36,089 nucleotides of DNA from a virus, in the IMG/VR virus record IMGVR_UViG_3300045988_025132, positions 1 through 36,089 of that record, one strand, 5' to 3'. Position numbers and translations under genes: made by a program. The notes under the pieces are model-generated. The model saw only the letters and a list, made by a program, of their open reading frames with translations, ran no database searches and had not been told where the DNA came from. Shown piece by piece: positions 16,423 to 22,835 of the stretch. Each line of letters begins with the position of its first letter. The first letter of the stretch is position 1.

Positions 16423-17229
16423 CTAATATTTACTGCAAGCTGGTCCAAACTTGGGTTTGGCATTGTTTGACTTGTTGAAAAAGTAATCTTTATCTGGTTT
16501 ACTGTTGCTATGCTTACTTTGTCTTTCTTTTGCTTGTTCTAAAGTAGTTATCCCCTCATTTCGCCATGAAGTAAATATTCTTTCAATATACGATGGGTAG
16601 TTAGCTTCGTTAGTCATAGCTAGTTTTAAAGCGTATTGGTAAAGCTCGGTTCCAAATTCATTAATATCTGCAAGGATGTCTTGTTGAATAAATGCGTTTT
16701 TTTGTTGCTTCGGAAAAGCTTCAAAAAACATATCGTAAGATTTACGGATTTCATCAACTTCCTCTTGTTGTTGTTGATTACTTAGTATTGATATATTAGT
16801 ATTGATATTATTAGTATTGATTCCGTGTACTTTGTTCACTTCTTGACGTGTACTTTCTACACTTCCAGCGTGTACTTTGTTCACTTCTTGACGTGTACTT
16901 TTTACACTTCCATTGATATATAAGCGATTTGGCTTATTTACGCCTTGTCTTACCTCTTCCATCAATCCAACTTCAACTAGCTCTTTCTTAGCTTTAACAA
17001 CTGCTTTATTCGAACAGTTGAGTTCTTGCATGAACTGTTCAATTGTAAAATACATGTAAATCTGACCGTCATCGTCATACCATTTATTTTTAATTGATAA
17101 CGTTCTGCGGTCGAACAGCAGCATATACATTAGCTTTGCTTTATCGCCCAAATTCTTGTATGGTTCTTCTTTTAAGAGCCATTGCGGAAATTGGTAGAAA
17201 GCATTGTTTTTTACTTCATTAATATGCAT
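16423..17229 (-). CDS. Replication initiator (RepA_N-like N-terminus + DnaD/DnaB_2-like C-terminus) containing internal iterons
   Basis: 268 aa with a winged-helix-like N-terminus and a DnaD-like C-terminus (YIERIFTSWRNEGITTLEQAKE). The central repeat is GSVKSTRQEVNKVHA/GSVESTRQEVNKVHG. Confidence 0.7.
   Translation of the reverse strand: MHINEVKNNAFYQFPQWLLKEEPYKNLGDKAKLMYMLLFDRRTLSIKNKWYDDDGQIYMYFTIEQFMQELNCSNKAVVKAKKELVEVGLMEEVRQGVNKPNRLYINGSVKSTRQEVNKVHAGSVESTRQEVNKVHGINTNNINTNISILSNQQQQEEVDEIRKSYDMFFEAFPKQQKNAFIQQDILADINEFGTELYQYALKLAMTNEANYPSYIERIFTSWRNEGITTLEQAKERQSKHSNSKPDKDYFFNKSNNAKPKFGPACSKY
16782..16914. repeat. Iteron cluster inside the initiator gene; candidate origin of replication
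   Basis: TTAGTATTGAT occurs three times (16782, 16796, 16811). Two 45-bp direct repeats follow (16825-16869 and 16870-16914). Each contains two sub-repeats of about 22 bp, GTGTACTTTnTnCACTTC. Confidence 0.65.
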
Positions 17230-17348
17230 TAATCTTATCCATCTCTTTCGTTAAAATAGTCGTGTCAGTCGTACGCTAGCCATTTACCCTCTCAAGTTGC
17301 TTTTTTTGTTTAAATGTCATAGTATAATATCATTAGATTTTTTATACG

Positions 17349-17373
17349 ACACGGGCAATTACCCGTGTTTTTT
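17349..17373 (+). terminator. Plus-strand-oriented hairpin plus T-tract
   Basis: Plus strand reads ACACGGG-CAATTA-CCCGTGT followed by TTTTT. On the minus strand no U-tract follows the hairpin. Confidence 0.4.
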
Positions 17374-17376
17374 AGT

Positions 17377-17521
17377 GCTTCAATCCGCACCCAGCCCCCG
17401 ATGTGCTTCGTTAATATTCAATTTCATAAGAAGGTAGTTTTGGCTTTTATTTATATTTATTTTTGGGGTATAAGGTATTTAGTTGCACTCCGCACACCGA
17501 GGGTTGGCTACGGATTGAAAC
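17377..17521. repeat. Imperfect 24-bp inverted repeat flanking an AT-rich core of about 97 bp
   Basis: 17377-17400 (GCTTCAATCCGCACCCAGCCCCCG) against the reverse complement of 17498-17521 (CGAGGGTTGGCTACGGATTGAAAC) gives 19/24 matches by eye, including 9 perfect bp (TTCAATCCG/CGGATTGAA). Confidence 0.55.
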
Positions 17522-17543
17522 CGCTAACGATATTACTTTAATT

Positions 17544-17690
17544 TCAAATTAATGTCTTTCCTAATCCGTGTGCCTTGTTGTATCGGTCACGGCTAGGCTC
17601 AGATGCATTTTTTTCAAAAGTCCACTTTGGGACTTCTACTGTTTCTGTTTTCTTGCTCCAAATCCAGTTAAATAGTTTTGATGGTTTCAT
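17544..17690 (-). CDS. Small hypothetical protein (48 aa)
   Basis: My translation: MKPSKLFNWIWSKKTETVEVPKWTFEKNASEPSRDRYNKAHGLGKTLI. RBS AAAGGA lies 8 nt upstream. It is below the track cutoff. Confidence 0.4.
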   Translation of the reverse strand: MKPSKLFNWIWSKKTETVEVPKWTFEKNASEPSRDRYNKAHGLGKTLI

Positions 17691-17763
17691 AGTATTTTCC
17701 TTTCTGATAAAATATAAGTAAGTTTTTTATGTAAGTCGTTGGTTATTCGGCGGCTTTTGTTTT

Positions 17764-17870
17764 CCAGCTAGGCTTGTATAGCCCTAGCAGACAATCTAAT
17801 GGAGTTCGTTTCATCATGTCAATTATCTATATTTCGGAGGCGTCTGCTAGAGCCGTATCAACCTAGCTGG
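17764..17870. repeat. Long imperfect inverted repeat (29-nt arms, 49-nt loop) just downstream of the antirepressor gene
   Basis: The arms are 17764-17792 and 17842-17870. The outer 9 bp (CCAGCTAGG/CCTAGCTGG) and inner 9 bp (CTAGCAGAC/GTCTGCTAG) pair perfectly, with 6 mismatches in the 11-nt segment between those perfect blocks. Confidence 0.6.
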
Positions 17871-17878
17871 ATATGTGG

Positions 17879-18625
17879 TTAGAACAATTCCACTTGTTCA
17901 ATCAATGGGTAAATGTCATTATCTTTTAACTTTTCATAAATAAATCGTCGTCCAAGCTGTGTCCAAACAGTTGTAATTTTACTGTGAACTTTATTGTCTT
18001 TACCGACATAATCAAATGTTCGACTGGCAATATAGCCTTTACCTTGATATTTCGTGTAAAGAATCCATTGACCGTTAACTTTACGTTGAATACCGACTTG
18101 TTTCAAAATTTTGTTGAACTTATTAGCACTCATACCATAATCTTGCGCTATCTGCGTAGTTGTCAGCATATCTTTGGTTTGCAAAATCAAATCAAGGTAA
18201 TCGGTTTGTTTCCTAGCTTCTTCAAGCTCTAACTGTAAGACCTCGTTTTTATGTTCAAGACTGACAATTTTTCTGTCAGCGATTTTAAGAGCTCGTGCCA
18301 TGATTTTCTCTGGACTATTGAAGTCCTTTTCAACTTGAATGAAGTATTGACGTACTTCTTTTCCTTTGTCGGTTTTAGATACCATTGCTAAATTTTTAGC
18401 AGCATCTAAAGATAGTACATAATCTTGCAATTTTCTATTTGCGCCATTATTTACAACCGTAGTTCCAACTACACTTGTAAAATCATAACCTTCTTCTAGA
18501 ATTTTAAAATTTTGTTCTACCCATTGACTAAAGCGAGTTTTTACCTCTAAGCTCTTATGTAGCTGTCTTGCACTAACTACTGGCTCTTGGTTTTCATTTA
18601 AAGTTACATTGATTAAATTGTTCAT
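17879..18625 (-). CDS. ant: Phage antirepressor (AntA/ORF6N N-terminal domain + KilAC C-terminal domain)
   Basis: 248 aa. The N-terminus (VVSARQLHKSLEVKTRFSQWV) and the C-terminal KilAC-like segment (LTTTQIAQDYGMSANKFNKILKQVGIQ) are typical of this family. Confidence 0.8.
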   Translation of the reverse strand: MNNLINVTLNENQEPVVSARQLHKSLEVKTRFSQWVEQNFKILEEGYDFTSVVGTTVVNNGANRKLQDYVLSLDAAKNLAMVSKTDKGKEVRQYFIQVEKDFNSPEKIMARALKIADRKIVSLEHKNEVLQLELEEARKQTDYLDLILQTKDMLTTTQIAQDYGMSANKFNKILKQVGIQRKVNGQWILYTKYQGKGYIASRTFDYVGKDNKVHSKITTVWTQLGRRFIYEKLKDNDIYPLIEQVELF

Positions 18626-18775
18626 GTATTACCCTTTCTACTCCTCAAATTTTTCAATATTTGCTTGTTCGTTTTGCGAACAAACGAAATTGTAATGATT
18701 GATATATCTGAAGCCTCGTTGTCTTCTGTTGTATGAATTAAATCGCCGTTTTCCGCAGTGTGGGGCTTTTTCATG

Positions 18776-19468
18776 CTATTCATTGTCTATTACACGTTTC
18801 ATTTTACCGCCCAAGAAAGATTCTTTGGCAAGGGTAGTACCGTCTGGTGATTTTACGTAAAGTCTAGGCCCGTATGCTTCATTATAATTGTTTTCTGGTT
18901 TTGCGTTCCATTCTTGGAAATAATTTTCTTTAGCAGAAAGAAGTGTATCTGCTAATTGTTGAATTTGTGGATTCGGTAAGTATTTGTAATTTTGTGGGAC
19001 AACCACATCTATTAAAACTGAACTGTTTGGCATGACAGCAAACGAATCTGTGATACCACTTTGCTTTAAAACATCGTTGATTTTAGTGTTTAATTCAGAG
19101 GCGAATGCTGTATTTGCGGCGTCGTCATAAGTTTTTGAAGTTGAACTTGTTTCTGTGCTAGAAACCGTTTTTGAAGATGAACTTGCTTCTTTCTTACTGC
19201 TAGAAGAAGTCTTAGCGTTTTTCTTTTTTGATGAAGAGGTAGCTGAAGTTTTTTTAGAAGTTTGTTCAGTTTTAGCAGTTTCTACAGACGATTCAGATTT
19301 ATCTGTAGGTGAAATCAAAGCACCTATGAAAAACATAATCATGGCAAGAAGTCCACCGATAAGCGATTTTTTGCGTAGATCTTTATTTTTTTTGATAACC
19401 GACCACAGTAAAGCACCAATATAAACAATAAAACCTAAAAATCCTACTAAGGATAGTAATAACCACAT
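18776..19468 (-). CDS. Membrane protein with two N-terminal TM helices, a Ser/Thr/Lys-rich linker and a C-terminal domain of about 115 aa
   Basis: 230-aa ORF with RBS GGGAGGAG. TM segments are LLLSLVGFLGFIVYIGALLWSVI and LIGGLLAMIMFFIGALI. The low-complexity stretch is TSKKTSATSSSKKKNAKTSSSSKKEASSSSKTVSSTETSSTSK. Confidence 0.7.
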   Translation of the reverse strand: MWLLLSLVGFLGFIVYIGALLWSVIKKNKDLRKKSLIGGLLAMIMFFIGALISPTDKSESSVETAKTEQTSKKTSATSSSKKKNAKTSSSSKKEASSSSKTVSSTETSSTSKTYDDAANTAFASELNTKINDVLKQSGITDSFAVMPNSSVLIDVVVPQNYKYLPNPQIQQLADTLLSAKENYFQEWNAKPENNYNEAYGPRLYVKSPDGTTLAKESFLGGKMKRVIDNE

Positions 19469-19652
19469 TTTTTGTTCTCCTCCCAGCTTTTAACGTGATT
19501 CAGTTTTGCACGTAGTTTTAAATAACGTTTTGCTGAATTTTCCTAAATTCATCTTGTATCATCGCTTCGCCCCAAGTCGTGGAAATATCATAACCTTGAG
19601 CAAAGAGTAGTCAAAATCATTTGTTGCTATTTCGTTCATCTTGTTCCTTTCT

Positions 19653-19673
19653 AACTTGAATTTAATTCAAGTT
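19653..19673. promoter_or_regulatory. 21-bp palindrome AACTTGAAT-TTA-ATTCAAGTT just downstream of the cro-like gene
   Basis: Perfect 9-bp arms are visible in the sequence. No U-tract follows on either strand, so it is more likely a protein-binding site or RNA hairpin than a terminator. Confidence 0.35.
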
Positions 19674-19679
19674 TTAAAA

Positions 19680-19883
19680 TCAAAATCCATACAAATCAGA
19701 CGATTTAAGGTTGTATTTTTTACAAATGGTTACCATGTTTTTAGGAGAAATAGAAAGCACATTCTTCTCCCATGCACTCACCGTTTGAGGTGTAGTACCA
19801 ACGCTTTTAGCAAACTCCTCTTGTGTCAAATTGTGACGTGCTCGGAGTTCTTTGATTGTAATCTTTGGAACTACTTCTGTCAT
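19680..19883 (-). CDS. Cro-like XRE-family HTH transcriptional regulator
   Basis: 67 aa with HTH LTQEEFAKSVGTTPQTVSAWEKN and RBS GAGGAGG. It is the first gene after a consensus promoter. Confidence 0.85.
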   Translation of the reverse strand: MTEVVPKITIKELRARHNLTQEEFAKSVGTTPQTVSAWEKNVLSISPKNMVTICKKYNLKSSDLYGF

Positions 19884-19916
19884 TTTGTTCCTCCTCTCTA
19901 ACTAACTTACATACAT

Positions 19917-19945
19917 ATTATAACTTAAATAAAATTCGATGTCAA
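19917..19945 (-). promoter_or_regulatory. Consensus sigma-70 early promoter (TTGACA-17 nt-TATAAT)
   Basis: Minus strand reads TTGACATCGAATTTTATTTAAGTTATAAT, about 30 nt upstream of the cro-like ATG. Confidence 0.8.
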
Positions 19946-20016
19946 CAGTTTTCTTGGTTTTTTTCAAAGTTTTATTGATTTTTTTATAAATTTACTTGAA
20001 AATTAGTAAAGTCTAC

Positions 20017-20036
20017 TATATATATATATATATATA
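20017..20036. repeat. (TA)10 dinucleotide microsatellite
   Basis: A direct read shows 20 nt of alternating TA between the accessory-operon terminator and the early promoter. Confidence 0.95.
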
Positions 20037-20060
20037 AAAAAGAGAGCGGTAACTCTCTTT
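20033..20060 (-). terminator. Rho-independent terminator ending the accessory (acr) operon
   Basis: Minus strand reads AAAGAGAG-TTACCG-CTCTCTTT followed by TTTTATATA. Confidence 0.6.
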
Positions 20061-20089
20061 CTAATCAATATCTCGTGGTTTGCGATGTT

Positions 20090-20176
20090 TTATATGCCAA
20101 TCTCGCTCTCTAAATAATCAGCAGGTATAGCCTCGTTCTTCAAGACCATGTTTACTCTTGTCGTATTGATTTTCAT
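20090..20176 (-). CDS. Possible 28-aa micro-ORF at the end of the accessory operon
   Basis: My translation: MKINTTRVNMVLKNEAIPADYLESEIGI. It is preceded by a third copy of the AAGATAAAGAGAGGGG leader/RBS. It is too short for any independent support. Confidence 0.3.
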   Translation of the reverse strand: MKINTTRVNMVLKNEAIPADYLESEIGI

Positions 20177-20209
20177 TTTTTTGTTCTCCCCCCTCTCTTT
20201 ATCTTATTT

Positions 20210-20527
20210 TTAAGGAACTAACTCGAGATCCATCATCTCGATAACTTCAGGCTCTTTTTCAGGGATATCCCTTGATTTACCAATACCAAGGTACTCCCTA
20301 TAACCATTCTTTGTCCAATGGCTACGTGGGGAAACTCTAGGGAGGTACCCTTTCACATGGTCATTTGACCAAGAGTTTTTAGGGTTTATAAGCCCCTTAA
20401 TGACTCCATCGGCCCATTCACTTGGGCTGATCATGTAGCCCTCATCGTTATAAAACGATTTACGATTAGCAGTTTTCTGCTGTTTTCGTGCAGCTCTATA
20501 AGTAGAGCTTATTTTGAAATTTTTCAT
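20210..20527 (-). CDS. Uncharacterised 105-aa protein in the anti-CRISPR locus (candidate anti-defence gene)
   Basis: The ORF has its own copy of the acr promoter/operator/leader cassette. The N-terminus is basic (RAARKQQKTANRK) and the C-terminus acidic (EKEPEVIEMMDLELVP). I recognise no family. Confidence 0.7.
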   Translation of the reverse strand: MKNFKISSTYRAARKQQKTANRKSFYNDEGYMISPSEWADGVIKGLINPKNSWSNDHVKGYLPRVSPRSHWTKNGYREYLGIGKSRDIPEKEPEVIEMMDLELVP

Positions 20528-20558
20528 TATTTATTCCCTCTCTTTATCTTATGTGTAT

Positions 20559-20587
20559 AGTATATATCATATATGATAGTTTGTCAA
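20559..20587 (-). promoter_or_regulatory. Promoter P2 (TTGACA-17 nt-TATACT) with a 14-bp palindrome TATCATATATGATA in the spacer
   Basis: Minus strand reads TTGACAAACTATCATATATGATATATACT. The palindrome is at 20565-20578 and abuts the -10. Confidence 0.7.
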
Positions 20588-20615
20588 CACTTTTGATTAA
20601 AAAATATATGTTTTT

Positions 20616-21167
20616 TTATCGGATATTCTCCAAGTTTTTTTCAATCCATTCTAGTCTATTTTGACGACCAGACGGAATAGGTTCTTGACCTTTTGAATAG
20701 TCTTTAAACCTCATTTGGATCATGTAAGAACCACCACCCAGACGGCTAGATTCTAACGCAATTTCTAAATAAGCGTTAGCAATGTAACTACCGCTTGACG
20801 TGTACATTCTACCAGTTCCGCCTATGATGTCTTCGAGGCTAGTTTCAAGCCATTTCATAAGCTGTTGTTTTTTAAATTGATCGTAATAAGTATGGAACGC
20901 CATATTGAACTTAAGGGAATTATCCAAATAATATTCATCTTGAGCCTTACCAATCATAGCAAGCTCGAAATCGTCGAATAGGCAGGAAAGCATGGCATTA
21001 ACTCGTGCTGCTCCCATTTTTTCGATGGAAGTATCACCATTTTTGAATTTTTGCCAATTGGCATCTGTGAACTTGATGCCCGGCAATTTGTAGAAGTCGT
21101 TTTCAAACTTGAAATATCTCCCTACGTATTCCAAGATTAACTCTTTGATGTCTTTGTTGATTTCCAT
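20616..21167 (-). CDS. acrIIA6: AcrIIA6-like anti-CRISPR protein (St1Cas9 inhibitor family)
   Basis: 183 aa, the same length as AcrIIA6. Long stretches match my recollection of that protein (DIKELILEY..RYFKFENDFYKLPGIKFTDANWQKFKNG, KMGAARVNAML.CLFDDFELAMIGKAQ, RFKDYSKGQEPIPSGRQNRLEWIE.NLENIR). It sits between the lysin and the early genes, as in S. thermophilus virulent phages. Confidence 0.75.
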   Translation of the reverse strand: MEINKDIKELILEYVGRYFKFENDFYKLPGIKFTDANWQKFKNGDTSIEKMGAARVNAMLSCLFDDFELAMIGKAQDEYYLDNSLKFNMAFHTYYDQFKKQQLMKWLETSLEDIIGGTGRMYTSSGSYIANAYLEIALESSRLGGGSYMIQMRFKDYSKGQEPIPSGRQNRLEWIEKNLENIR

Positions 21168-21199
21168 TTTGTTTACCTCTCTCTTTATCTTATGTATAC

Positions 21200-21228
21200 A
21201 TTATATATCATATATGATAGTCTGTCAA
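21200..21228 (-). promoter_or_regulatory. Promoter P1 (TTGACA-17 nt-TATAAT) with the same 14-bp palindrome in the spacer
   Basis: Minus strand reads TTGACAGACTATCATATATGATATATAAT. The palindrome is at 21206-21219. Confidence 0.75.
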
Positions 21229-21260
21229 CTGTTTTTATAAAAAAATATATATTTTTTTGC

Positions 21261-21292
21261 AAAACAAAAACCCTGACTAATTCAAGTCAGGG
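21261..21292 (-). terminator. Rho-independent terminator (second of two after the lysin gene)
   Basis: Minus strand reads CCCTGACT-TGAATT-AGTCAGGG followed by TTTTTGTTTT. Confidence 0.75.
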
Positions 21293-21367
21293 CAAGAGAG
21301 AGTTTATCGAAGACTCAGCTTTTAACTGTATCCATTAATATAGTAGCATTTATATTAAAAAAAAGCA

Positions 21368-21398
21368 AACAAAAAAGCCCCAGCATAATGCTGAGGCT
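21368..21398 (-). terminator. Rho-independent terminator after the lysin gene
   Basis: Minus strand reads AGCCTCAGCA-TTA-TGCTGGGGCT followed by TTTTTTG. Confidence 0.75.
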
Positions 21399-21479
21399 TC
21401 GACCACTGCTGCCATGGTATCCCTATTGCAGTGTGAGGGGAGGTGATATACTCCTTTTTTATTTTATAGTTTGCGTGGT

Positions 21480-21729
21480 CTATTGGTAATAGTTTACCAA
21501 ATCATCTTTATTCCAACAAGAGAGCCAAACTGTCCCAAACTGACCAAACTCGAAACGTCGGTAGTAATAGCCACCATAATAGCCACCTTGACCAGTGTCT
21601 GTAATGTTGTTTTCATCACCGGCAAAACTAAAGTACATTCCAGACTTAAAATCTTGGTCTGAACCGTCTGGCAAGTCGTTGCCGTCCTTATCTACCCAGT
21701 TAACCATTGAAACTGGGACACCATTTTCT
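21480..21729 (-). CDS. lys: Lysin exon 2 (C-terminal cell-wall-binding part)
   Basis: The frame is open from 21728 (ENGVPVSMVNWVDKDGNDL...). Joined to exon 1 it gives 846 nt, or 281 aa. Confidence 0.8.
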
Positions 21730-21988
21730 CATTACTACCCACTATTCCTAGTGGGATTAGACTATATCTTACTTTAGATATTTTCTGTCTTTCTAAAGTC
21801 TAAGCACTTCCACTCGCGTACAAATAGTGAGTGTACTCCTCAAAAGGATAGTCGTTACACCTTTCTGATACTATTATACCAGACTTGGCACGGTATTGCC
21901 CGTTCTGGGTGTCCACCGTTAGCCATGCTTTTGCATGACACCGCTTTGTTTGCGTTCACTTAGTTTATACTGAGCCGAAAATTAGTTA
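21730..21988 (-). mobile_element. Group I self-splicing intron (259 nt, no internal ORF) interrupting the lysin gene
   Basis: P1: the exon end ACUGGGU (21995-21989) pairs with intron GCUCAGU (21975-21969), with the conserved terminal U.G pair. P10: intron AUUUUC pairs with exon-2 GAAAAU. The intron ends in G (21730). Splicing restores the reading frame. Multiple internal helices are visible (GGUGUC/GACACC, CAUGC/GCAUG, CCCACUA/UAGUGGG). Confidence 0.8.
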
Positions 21989-22584
21989 ACCCAGTCGAAC
22001 CCAATTGGACATAAATAATCACATTTAATCTGATAAATACCATTAACATATTTGACTTCGTTGGCTTCATAATATGCTTTCTCTTGCGGTTCTACTGATG
22101 TATTGGCTTGATTGTTAGTCTGTGGTGTAGTGTCAGAATAACGCCAAACCTCGATATATGAAGGGTGGTTCGCTGCGTAGTAGTCGTTCCAAGGGTAAGT
22201 ATTGATAGCTTGCCCAGGTGCCCCTTGAGTTGAATAATCGCAACTAATAAAGTATGTAGCATCCATCATGACACCAACGTGCCCTCCAGCTCCGCCAGAT
22301 GTGGACATATCAGCACCCCATGACATCAAAACGATATCTCCTGTCAAGGCGTCCCAATCTTGATTAATACTTACTCGATAGAATCCATTTTTGGCAAGTT
22401 GTTGACCTAGTGTAACAGTAGATGGTAGACCTTGAATACCGATACCAGCTTCTTTTAAGGCTTGTGATATGGAACCAGAACAGTCAGCAGTACCGTCTGC
22501 TCCGTTGCGTGACCCATACATTGAATAGGTCAATTTACCTCTATGGTTAACAAACCAATTTACAGTAGATTGTTGTACACTCAT
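21989..22584 (-). CDS. lys: Lysin exon 1 (Pal-like Amidase_5 catalytic domain)
   Basis: Motifs YSMYGSRNGADGTADCSGS and GGHVGVMMDATYFISCDY resemble those of the pneumococcal phage Dp-1 Pal amidase family. The unspliced ORF stops 7 nt into the intron (21982). Confidence 0.85.
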
Positions 22585-22585
22585 G

Positions 22586-22828
22586 CTATTTTCCTTTCTT
22601 GTCGTCTTGAGGTTGAGTATATCTCAATGCTCGCTCACTATCAGCAATTCCTTTAGTTGTTGGGTCGGTAACGATTCCGAGGATAACCAAAATTGCAACG
22701 AAAGTATTGACAGCGTCTTGGATATTGTGTGGAATTTCAAGCCCGAATTGCTGCAACATAAGGAATACTGCTGAGATAAGAGCTACTAATGTAGCTTTAT
22801 TTTTTAGTCGTAGTTTAAAATTAATCAT
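22586..22828 (-). CDS. Holin, phi LC3 family
   Basis: 80 aa with an N-terminus (MINFKLRLKNKATLVALISAVF) and two TM segments typical of this holin family. It lies directly upstream of the lysin. Confidence 0.8.
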   Translation of the reverse strand: MINFKLRLKNKATLVALISAVFLMLQQFGLEIPHNIQDAVNTFVAILVILGIVTDPTTKGIADSERALRYTQPQDDKKGK

Positions 22829-22835
22829 TTTATTA

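Noticed and set aside
18622-18774. 50-aa ORF (MKKPHTAENGDL...) filling the gap upstream of the antirepressor gene
   Set aside because: It has no recognisable Shine-Dalgarno sequence and no recognisable motif. The gap also contains a 7-bp-stem hairpin (TTGTTCG/CGAACAA), so it may be regulatory instead. Support is insufficient.
19556-19639. 27-aa ORF (MNEIATNDFDYSLLKVMIFPRLGAKR) downstream of the cro-like gene
   Set aside because: It is very short and its only support is a weak AAAGGA RBS, so it cannot be told apart from chance.
21402-21467. 21-aa ORF (MAAVVEASALCWGFFVCFFLI) after the lysin gene
   Set aside because: It is made up of the terminator hairpin and its U-tract, so it is a by-product of the terminator sequence.
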